From the NCBI GenBank assembly GCA_009859145.1, contig VRVR01000036.1:21584-85583 (forward strand): a stretch of 64,000 bases of DNA, read 5' to 3'. A program made the position numbers and the translations under genes. Under the pieces are notes generated by a model. It had not been told where the DNA came from and ran no database searches. It saw only the letters and a list, made by a program, of their open reading frames with translations. Within the stretch, counting starts at the first letter, position 1. Each line of letters begins with the position of its first letter. Below, one piece after another: positions 19,969 to 28,312 of this stretch. This DNA is from Andalucia godoyi And28 (taxonomy: Eukaryota; Protista; Jakobida).

Positions 19969-21075
19969 ATGCATTCCTCCGCAGAAAACGGATTGGCGGG
20001 CATGCATTCTCCAAACCATTCTCTGTCATGGATATTTGCGTCCATTATTTCGTGTGTGCTATTCGGTGGTGGATCCGTTATCCTAGCGTTTGCGAGTTCT
20101 TCAACCACCACATTCATGTCTGCTCTGTCTGCAGCTATGGTTCTCTTCTTTACGTACCTCATTTGTGGAATATTTGGTGTTCTTTTGCATGCGGTGCTTG
20201 GCTTTCCTTCCACATCATCCACCGGGCATTCAAAATTCGATCGTCTCTTTTGGAATAGACTGCACTTATCCGAGAGAACTGCATTCAAAGTACTTGTATG
20301 CTGCCTGTCTGCTGTCTGCAATGCAGGAGCAATCGTCTGTATAAATTCGGCGTTCTTCATTGATATTACGTGGGCAGGTGTGGTCGTGTCGCTTTCTGCA
20401 CTCTCGTCCGTGTTTGTAGCCGTCGTCTCGTATTGTTTGTTTCGTGAAAAGATGCCCGTGTTTGCAGTTTCTGCGGTGGTTTTGTTGGTTGTCGGCGTCA
20501 TATTAATTGGACTTTCCAGTGGCTCCAGTTCGTCGTCGTCCGCAGTGGCTCTTGGGTTTTCTGCAGCATTGCTGTTCGGGGTTGCTCAGTTGTGCCAGAA
20601 GGCATGCTCTGCATTTTGGAGCATGCCACCTATCCCGGTGACTCTTCTGTTTTTGGTGTGCAATGTGCTGCCGTTCGCTGCCCTCCTGATTTTTGAGCTG
20701 TCTCTTCGGAATTTTATGGAAGGAATAGACTGGTTCAACGGACTGTTGGTTGCATCCGCCGGTGTGATCAATTGTGTTGGCTTTGTCCTGATGATTTTCG
20801 CTGTCACTGTGGGCCAAGCAGGCGTTGCTGTTTCTATTCCGAATTGCCAAGGGGGACTTGTTCTTGCGTTTTTTGCAGCTTACAGCGGAACCGTCCCTCC
20901 CACAATGGCCATCGCAGGTAGTTGTGTTCTGGTGTTTGCCGTATGTTTTTTGATAGTGATGCAGCACTGGACTTCCAGAAAAAACTTAACCACAACCCCG
21001 CTCGCTGCAGACGACACACATGATAGTCGATCCGTGAACACAGCGTCATTGATTCTCGTAAAGTCAGCGACGTGA
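19969..21075 (+). CDS. EamA/DMT-superfamily transporter (about 10 TM)
   Basis: Two repeats of about 5 hydrophobic Gly/Ala/Ser-rich helices; EamA-like SVFVAVVSYCLFREK and GVILI motifs. ATG at 19969. Confidence 0.8.
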   Translation: MHSSAENGLAGMHSPNHSLSWIFASIISCVLFGGGSVILAFASSSTTTFMSALSAAMVLFFTYLICGIFGVLLHAVLGFPSTSSTGHSKFDRLFWNRLHLSERTAFKVLVCCLSAVCNAGAIVCINSAFFIDITWAGVVVSLSALSSVFVAVVSYCLFREKMPVFAVSAVVLLVVGVILIGLSSGSSSSSSAVALGFSAALLFGVAQLCQKACSAFWSMPPIPVTLLFLVCNVLPFAALLIFELSLRNFMEGIDWFNGLLVASAGVINCVGFVLMIFAVTVGQAGVAVSIPNCQGGLVLAFFAAYSGTVPPTMAIAGSCVLVFAVCFLIVMQHWTSRKNLTTTPLAADDTHDSRSVNTASLILVKSAT

Positions 21076-21303
21076 TTAGTCAGCTTCGAAAATACTTTAC
21101 CAGTATACACAATACCAATAGAACGTGTGTGTTCATCACCATGAGTAAATTGATGGATCGTCCAAGTATGGTACTGGGAAAAAAGCGAGCATACGATGTA
21201 TCAACAATTCAGATTGCGTTCCAGCGTTGGATACGGCGGTACAAAGCTACACAGAGATAGCGCCCGCCCCCTCCCTCTCCGAAAAATTACTAAAATGCAC
21301 AGA

Positions 21304-22557
21304 TTAAATCAACAATTCCGTCAGCAACCGGGCAATGATGAGTGTCAACAAGCTGTATGACAGTTTCAGCATCATCCCTCGTTCGACATCAAGATTCAGC
21401 AACGTGAAACCCGGATGCGGAATCAAGCTCAGGTGTGCAACGAATGACGCAACCCGTTCGGGGGAAACGTCCTTTCTGTACCTGCGTTCCTGCAACATAC
21501 TGAGAAACGTGACAAGTCGAAAGTACTCCATACGAATCACAGAGGCGTGCCACAAAGCGAACCCCACAGAAAGCACATCCGCGCATGCAATCAGCACTGG
21601 CCAGTACACGGAGTTTTCATTGAAGGAGACAACGATGAAGAATGACAAGACGATCCCAGGAGCCGACAGCAGCAGCATGGAAATCCAATATGGAGTGAAT
21701 CTCCTGGACACAGCCGCCGTCTCCTCCACAATGGCCATGACTTCGTCAAGGATCTTGTCCAGATCTGGCCTTTCCATGGAAACAACATTTCGCAACGTGA
21801 CGTGACGCAACGCCAGCACACGAGAAACGAAAGCACAGACTGTCGCAGAGAACGTCATGTACGCCACGTTGTACAGGATGATGAAGGCACTGCAAAACAT
21901 GAACAAGACAGCATATGTGCGAGATTCATATCCGATCCAAGGAGTCTCAGAAACAAACACGCTGACGCAAATAAGGATCCACGATCCTAAAAAGAAAGTG
22001 CAAAGTTGATTTGCAAGTTGTCGAGCTTCCGAGCGAGAGCCAAGAGACAGAGAGAGCACACGTTCAATGCTCCCTGTGGAGAAGTACCAGTTAAGATAGA
22101 TGGCGGAGACCACAGGTCGTAAATTGAAGAACATGACCAGAAGCCGGGTCCTCCAGTCATAGTCATGAGGGCTCTCATGAGAGCCCAGCACTATCTTGGC
22201 ATCTCCAATCTCCACAAACACCGTAACAATGTCAAGAATTAGCGTGATGGAGACGAACAGCAGCGCAAGCACTGCAATGCAAATCTTGCAAACAGTGCGA
22301 CGTCCAACGCACAGTCCCATGGCTTTTGCAACAAGTCGAATTGGCCGCCACATCTGTTCAGTTTGTTGAAACGCAACTCGATTGCTGCCGTCCGCTCCAC
22401 GAGAGGAGGATGCAAAGTTGACCAGTGGAAGCGCTTCCTCTCGTGAAAGAAGATTCGTCCACAACGTACTGGCGCTTTCATCATACGGCGAGGGTGACGG
22501 AGATCGGAACGCAGAATCTGCCTCCCTGTTTTGATCATTCCGATCTCGCACGTTCAT
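21304..22557 (-). CDS. Gustatory-receptor-like (GRL/7TMIC) membrane protein, 417 aa
   Basis: About 7 hydrophobic segments, a long helical loop before the last TM group, and C-terminal HPGFTLLNLDVERGMMLKLSYSLLTLIIARL resembling the GR/GRL TM7a/7b signature. Confidence 0.6.
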   Translation of the reverse strand: MNVRDRNDQNREADSAFRSPSPSPYDESASTLWTNLLSREEALPLVNFASSSRGADGSNRVAFQQTEQMWRPIRLVAKAMGLCVGRRTVCKICIAVLALLFVSITLILDIVTVFVEIGDAKIVLGSHESPHDYDWRTRLLVMFFNLRPVVSAIYLNWYFSTGSIERVLSLSLGSRSEARQLANQLCTFFLGSWILICVSVFVSETPWIGYESRTYAVLFMFCSAFIILYNVAYMTFSATVCAFVSRVLALRHVTLRNVVSMERPDLDKILDEVMAIVEETAAVSRRFTPYWISMLLLSAPGIVLSFFIVVSFNENSVYWPVLIACADVLSVGFALWHASVIRMEYFRLVTFLSMLQERRYRKDVSPERVASFVAHLSLIPHPGFTLLNLDVERGMMLKLSYSLLTLIIARLLTELLI

Positions 22558-22990
22558 TTTCTAATTCTTTTTTATCAACGAAAACAAATTATTAAAAAAA
22601 TTATGTTTCACGACAAGCATCGAAAAGAAGCTTTTTCAACTGGTCTTTGCATCGTTTTTTGGCAAAATGCTTGAAACCTCTAACGTAGGTGGGGCGGGGG
22701 CGGGGGGTTCAATCCGGCTAGAACTAAATAAAAACATCTTTCCCCTCTTCCGTGATTTTACGTTTTATTTGTTCCTATTTCGTTTTGATTTGGCTGTTGT
22801 CGTCGTCCATAACTCGGATTTTTTTGTTGCGAGTCGGTCACTCTTGGAAGCACGTTCGAAAACTGCACGAACAATCTGAAAGAAGTACGGTGTTTCAAGC
22901 CAGGTGCTTTGGAAACGGGTTGCATGCGGAAAGTTACAGTGTATCCGTACTTTCTTCTTTTCGAGCGACTCTACAAATAGCGCCCCAACT

Positions 22991-23316
22991 TTGGCGAGCT
23001 TTCTGCGCGAACTATGATGCCGCATATTGCTGCAAAGGCTTGAAACGTCCAACATGCTGTGCCGTGGCCAACGTCGCATTCGATGCAAGACTGCACGTCA
23101 TACGCCAGACGCCGACCCGGGGGCCCACTTCCAATTCCGCCCAGATATTTGCTGCACAATGGAAGCGAGTATGGAACTGCTGTTGTCATTGTGACAGAGG
23201 AATACACATCAAAGACATGCCGGGTGCGTGGGAACATTCATCAGAAATTGGGAGGGTGCAAGATGCTTGCGATGTCCAGCATGCCCAGCGGTGATGGATC
23301 GAACATCATGTTTCGT
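22991..23316 (+). mobile_element. Decayed Fanzor2 / IS607-type TnpB nuclease relic (RuvC-II, zinc finger, RuvC-III; multiple frameshifts)
   Basis: Joined frames read LASFL / ANYD / ILLQRLETSNMLCRGQRRIRCKTARH / AHFQFR / RYLLHNGSEYGTAVVIVTEEYTSKTCRVRGNIHQKLGGCKML / RCPACPAVMDR / NIMFR, collinear with the Fanzor2/TnpB C-terminal half. Confidence 0.8.
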
Positions 23317-23695
23317 GTTTCCTCCCTTTTTTATATTTCTTCTTCCTTTTATTTATCTGAGTCTGCGGGAGTTGGTCGTGCTGCGCTCGTATGGAGCGAA
23401 ACTAAACAGCTCGCCGCAGACCATCTACGACAAAAGGTTTGACGTCCCATCGACAGAAGGAGCTCGCGACAGGTACAATCGTTTGCTTGCATCGGAACCA
23501 GCTGAACACGTCAAATTTAAGATCGCGGACAAAAAAGCAGGAGAGCCTCATGGCCCGCTCCTCCTTCTCCCGCACACAGCAAAAACGGGAGTGAGATACA
23601 TGCCCGCGAAAAGTTGCGGAGTTGCTTCATGAATATCAGAGCACTCCAGCCTCGTCGTTGTGAAATATTGGGTTACCAAACAGTTCTGTGCAAGC

Positions 23696-25562
23696 ATGGT
23701 GCATTTTCCATCTGCTGGAAAAGATAAAGCAACTGGGTTAGGGGAGAGCCGCCTCACGACTCTCGCGTTCGTCATGCTGGAGCTCTGCGATCAGATGGTC
23801 GCGGAATTCGTGTTCACCATCGGTGCCTATATGGTTATGGATTTGGGCAAAGTACCCCGAAACGAGGTTGGGTTGTTCGCTGGAGTGCTTTCCGGCGTTT
23901 ACGGAACCACTCAGGCCATTTTCAGGTATGATTGTTCTACTCGGAAACCGCAGTTCGATTGCTGCATTCTTTCGTCCGAAGCGGGGAGTGGTTTATATAT
24001 TGACTTGCTTTCATGATGGATTCTGCATAGTCCGGTTTGGGGGAAAGTTTCGGATAACTTTGGACGACGAGTCTTCCTTTTGGCAGGCATTCTGCTCTCT
24101 GCATTTGCAATGATTGGGCTGGGATGCTGTCAATCTCTTGGTGCGGCGATTGCCGTGCGTGCTTTACAAGGCGCCGTATCAGGTATGCTTCTGCTGCGTG
24201 CCGGTTTTTTCTTTTTCTTTTTTCTTGCTCTGGAAGCGGTGTCTCGTGTGTAATAACTGTTCTTTTAGGAAATGCTTCGATTTTGAAGGCATCTGTTGCC
24301 GATGTCACGTTGACACTTCCAAGCCAAAAGGTTGCAGGTCTTTGGAGCAGCTGGGGCCTCGCGTGGAGCCTTGGGCGGATAGGTATGTAATCCACAACTT
24401 CCCCCCCCCCCCCCCATCCTTTCTTCATTTTTTTATTTTATTCTATTTTATTTTTTTGTTGAAGTTGAAAAGGTTGCTGATATCCTCCTTGAATTTTCTG
24501 TTTGCGCGTATAGGAGGCGCCGTAATTGCAGGCTTTTTGTGCAGACCTGCCAAGTCCTATCCTACAGCGTTCTCGGAAGATTCCGTTTGGGGCAATTTTC
24601 CATACTTACTTCCGTGCATGGTGGCGGGTACCGTCATGTTAGTAACCTTTGCTATGTCTTGGTTTTGGTATCCGGAAACTCTATTAAGGGCCCTCGAACC
24701 GAAGGATGGAGTGACAAGCATGTCGTCGCAGATGGATCATGGTTCCTGCATTGCCTCAACACAGACAAAAGGGGAGGAACTGACTAGTCTTGCAAACCTT
24801 GGTGCGGGGTGCGGGGGAGATATTGCTTCGTCTGACGAGAGAACGACTTTGTTGTCCGCTTCAGAGAAGACGAAGGACAAGAAGAAGCAGAAACGCCCAG
24901 GAAAGTCTATCTTTCTGAAGCTCCTCAAAATTCCTACTGTTTTGCTGTTTTCATTTATCACTCAAATAATGTGGTTCACGTACATTATGTTTGATGAAGC
25001 CTTTGGCATCTGGGCTATATCAGATGGCGGTTTTCGGTTCACTCCGGCTGATCTTGGATATTTTTTTGCTGCCAACGGAGCGATCATTCTTCTCGTCCAG
25101 TTCTTCTTGTATAAGCACATTGCTGCCAACATTTCACTGATCTCGCAGTTTTCGTTTGGTGCTCTATTGAACGCCGTGTTCTACTCGCTGTACCCCTTGT
25201 ACGCTATGGCGTTGTCCCATTCTGTTGCGCTTGGTTGGTTTTCGTTGATTGCGGGGACGGCCTGTCTTATCGTGTCGGCCAACTCTGCACTGCTGTCATT
25301 CAACACCATTGTGAATGCATCGACATCAGATGCTACTTCCTTTGGAGCGTTGAATGGTCTGCTTCAAGTATACATCGGTATTGCCAAAAGCGCAGGAGCC
25401 TTTGTTGGTGGCGTGATTGTCGCTTGGGAACTAAACAACGGTCTCGGATTTCCCTTTAATTCGTGGTTTATCTTTTTGCTGCTTGCTGTCCTACAGATTT
25501 TCGTTGCTGCACCAGGGTTTATTTTCAAAAAAGTCCTGCTTCGGCCTCTTGATGTCGCATAG
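23696..25562 (+). CDS. MFS transporter (DHA1/ZIFL1/YCR023C-like), 4 exons: 23696-23925, 24031-24182, 24269-24382, 24514-25562
   Basis: Splicing restores QAIFS|PVWGKVSDNFGRR (MFS motif A), VRALQGAVSG|NASILKASVAD and LGRIG|GAVIAGFL; about 12 TM. Confidence 0.88.
23926..24030 (+). other. Spliceosomal intron 1 of the MFS gene (105 nt)
   Basis: GTATGA...GCATAG; removal restores the frame into motif A. Confidence 0.85.
24183..24268 (+). other. Spliceosomal intron 2 of the MFS gene (86 nt)
   Basis: GTATGC...TTTTAG with T-rich interior; frame restored. Confidence 0.85.
24383..24513 (+). other. Spliceosomal intron 3 of the MFS gene (131 nt)
   Basis: GTATGT...GTATAG with poly-C and T-rich tracts; frame restored. 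Confidence 0.85.
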
Positions 25563-25784
25563 CTCGGACACTTGTCACAACACAAAGTACTCCATCTGAG
25601 ACAGCTCGGGTGAATGGCTGCGAGCGTTCGCTGCAGCGTACGGTCCTTGGTTCCACGAATCTCAGGGAGACATTTCGCAGATGGGTTATTCGTCATCTGT
25701 TGTCGTTGCTCAGCGTCCTTCGGCTCGAATAGCATGGCATAAAACTAATTCTGTGGATGGACTTTTCAACGGATGAGTATTAAT

Positions 25785-25786
<2 letters not shown>

Positions 25787-25862
<76 letters not shown>
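25787..25862. repeat. (CT)n microsatellite
   Basis: Direct reading. Confidence 0.97.
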
Positions 25863-25867
<5 letters not shown>

Positions 25868-26042
25868 TCTTTTTGTTTTGTTTCAGTTTTGTGTTTCCTT
25901 ACGTTTTTTGAGGGATTGACTGTATTGGAATAGCGATCTTGTTCAGCAGCGACATTCTGGGGGCGGGTAATAATTAAAAAAGAGAAAGAAAGAAAGAAAG
26001 AAAAGTAACAAAGGTAAGCGGTGTACCCTTGCCTTCTTAAAA

Positions 26043-27299
26043 TCAGCACTGGTGGTCGACTGCATCTGCCGATGGCTGTGCAGAAGCATCGATGGCTTGC
26101 GAAACGTCAACATTCGGATCTTCAACCATCGGATGATCGTTCGTCTCCACAGGAACATCACCGTCGGGATGGCCCTCTGGTAACGGCTCTCCACTATCGT
26201 CTGTTTTGGAGCGCCCCACCCGTTGCTGGGGCGGGCGGTCGGGAAACTCCCCAGTTTCTCTCACATGCTTCAGTGCCTCTTCAGACAAGCGAAGAGCCTC
26301 GGGGCATCTTTCATCGTTCGATTTCTCCAGATTACGCCACTTGTCCTTGAGATCCACGGTGGATCTGTCAAGAAATTCATAGGTGTCGAGAATGGCACGC
26401 CAATTTCCCTTGCCAAACCGAGCCACGCCATCAAGAAGATTTGCAATTTCCTGCTCCGTGAATTTGCGACGTCTCTTTAACACGCGCTGGAGCGAATCGT
26501 CATCTCCAGATATGTGTCCGCCATTCTCCAGCCCGGTCAGACGCGCACGCTTTACTTCTCCTAGGCCGAGCCCGTGTTCATCCACCACTTCCTCGTCGAC
26601 TTGCGGAACATCCTCAAAATCTTCTTCTCCTAGCCCACCCTCTGGGGAGGGTCGCTTTCTGCTCTTGTTCTTTCGTTTCGTGGTAGATCCCGGAACCGCC
26701 GATGCATCGGAGTCCCCCTTCATCAGTCCTTCCTCGTGCTTGCCGACTGCGCACGACACGTCGGATCTCAACTTTTCTGCGATACCCCGCTGGTTGCCAT
26801 TCTGCAAGAGACTCCAAGACCCTTGGGGTGCTTGGACTTGCGCTGCTGCTGGCGGTGCAAGGATGTTTGGGCTCGCATTGCGCAACATCCGCTCAAGCAA
26901 AGATGGTCGGAACTGCTCAATAATCGGTTCCAGAAAGTTGCGCATTTCCGCACGAACAATCTGACGAGCACTTTCAGTGTATCCCTGTGTGGAAAACGTC
27001 GACAATTTGCGAAGCAGCGTGTTCAGCGCTACTGACGTGGATCCCGGAAACGCGTGGAGCAAAGCCTCGTGAGCAGAGGCAAAGTTTGGTGGCTCTTCCT
27101 CAAGCGAGGCCAGCGCCGACACCATAAACATGGAGGATTGCAAATGTGGCATAACAGGGGAATCGAGCAACTGGTGACCCTCAGACATTGCCGCTTGCAT
27201 AGCAACTGACGCAAGCTGTGGATATCCATGTAAGATTGCGTACTCGACAATAATGCCGAGAGGATGCATCGAGGAGACAGATTGTCCAACGGCAGCCAT
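26043..27299 (-). CDS. Telomere-repeat-binding-factor-like protein with a C-terminal telobox Myb domain
   Basis: RRKFTEQEIANLLDGVARFGKGNWRAILDTYEFLDRSTVDLKDKWRNLEK contains the telobox VDLKDKWRN; helical N-terminal region; basic NLS-like KRKNKSRKRP. Confidence 0.85.
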   Translation of the reverse strand: MAAVGQSVSSMHPLGIIVEYAILHGYPQLASVAMQAAMSEGHQLLDSPVMPHLQSSMFMVSALASLEEEPPNFASAHEALLHAFPGSTSVALNTLLRKLSTFSTQGYTESARQIVRAEMRNFLEPIIEQFRPSLLERMLRNASPNILAPPAAAQVQAPQGSWSLLQNGNQRGIAEKLRSDVSCAVGKHEEGLMKGDSDASAVPGSTTKRKNKSRKRPSPEGGLGEEDFEDVPQVDEEVVDEHGLGLGEVKRARLTGLENGGHISGDDDSLQRVLKRRRKFTEQEIANLLDGVARFGKGNWRAILDTYEFLDRSTVDLKDKWRNLEKSNDERCPEALRLSEEALKHVRETGEFPDRPPQQRVGRSKTDDSGEPLPEGHPDGDVPVETNDHPMVEDPNVDVSQAIDASAQPSADAVDHQC

Positions 27300-27465
27300 C
27301 GTGAGTATAAGTGTGAGTGTGAGTGTGGAAGATGGTGCGTGTGTGTGTGTGTGGGGTTTCTCCTCGACGTCGTATTTGTACCTGAATTTTTCTGCTTGGG
27401 TTCGTGCGTCGTGTTTCGGGGGCGTGGGAATTGTGGAGAAGACACAAGATAAACGAGAAAGAAGG

Positions 27466-27524
27466 AAACCCTGACGAGAATAGGAGAGGGCAAAGACGAA
27501 ACCCTGTTCGAGGGTAACAGGGTT
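27466..27524. promoter_or_regulatory. Cluster of three AACCCT/AGGGTT telobox-like cores with a 9-bp inverted repeat, in the divergent promoter of the TRF-like and kish genes
   Basis: AAACCCTG at 27466 and 27499; AACCCTGTT(27500-27508)-N7-AACAGGGTT(27516-27524). Function is inferred only. Confidence 0.3.
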
Positions 27525-27814
27525 GATCGGTCCTCAAGTGTGCAACGATTAGGCCCATGAAAAATCGCGCGCCAATTCAAACGGCCTTGAATCCCACGTT
27601 CCGATTTAAAGTTCTCGCCGTCCGATTTTCAAAAAACGGGCCCGGTTAAAATGCCCATTGCATTTCCTTTACAGCTCCCCGATTTATTTTCCTTTTGCAT
27701 ACAGCATTCTTCAAATCCTCAAGCATGCAAAGCCTGCTTGAGCCCTCTTTGTTAAACTATGGCTTTTCCTCCTTTCTCTCTGTGTGTTTCTTTCTTTTGT
27801 GAGTGAGTGAGCGA

Positions 27815-27848
<34 letters not shown>

Positions 27849-27877
27849 ATCATCGATTCACAGAACATACAATCTCC

Positions 27878-28099
27878 ATGAATTTGCTGTCGGTCGACGG
27901 AGTCTTCTGTGCTCTGCTGTTGTTCATATGCATGTCAACCTACCTGTCTCGCTATCCATTTTTCAGAAGCAAGCTGCATGCTGATCGCCAAGGACCCATG
28001 AGCTTTTTCTACAAGACTGCGGTCATCGGACGGCGGCTTTCAATCCCAGTCTCTATCCTCTGCTTGCTCTCGTCGCTGTACGTCATTTTCCTCCGGTGA
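27878..28099 (+). CDS. TMEM167: Protein kish-B-like (TMEM167 family)
   Basis: MNLLSVDGVFCALLLFICMSTY...GPMSFFYKTAVIGRRL...LYVIFLR aligns by eye with kish-B (SLDG...CTCAY...GVFYKAAVIGTRL); 73 aa. Confidence 0.88.
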   Translation: MNLLSVDGVFCALLLFICMSTYLSRYPFFRSKLHADRQGPMSFFYKTAVIGRRLSIPVSILCLLSSLYVIFLR

Positions 28100-28312
28100 T
28101 ATGCGACAACTGACCATGCCGACATATCCGCCCATCCACACTTTTTTTTCTCCTCCGACGAACTCGCATACCCAAGATGGTGGTGGTCCACATGGATATT
28201 TCTTCTTGATTCACAAATCATCAATTGTATTATAAAAGTCTAATGTCTTATTATGGCTGGGATACAACTCCGGCTACGGATGCTGGTACTCTCGCAGTAA
28301 TACCAGAACTGA

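Noticed and set aside
22780-22990. Search for the Fanzor RuvC-I DPG motif and an IS607 serine recombinase upstream of the relic
   Set aside because: No DPG-type motif or recombinase signature found; only a doubtful MRK fragment, so the feature was limited to 22991-23316.
24114-24513. N-terminal extension of the 482-aa ORF 24114-25562
   Set aside because: Read-through of introns 2 and 3; the spliced model restores MFS motifs.
25780-26049. RE-repeat, poly-V, poly-L and poly-N ORFs here and at 34897, 37110-37399 and 44774
   Set aside because: Translation artefacts of microsatellites.
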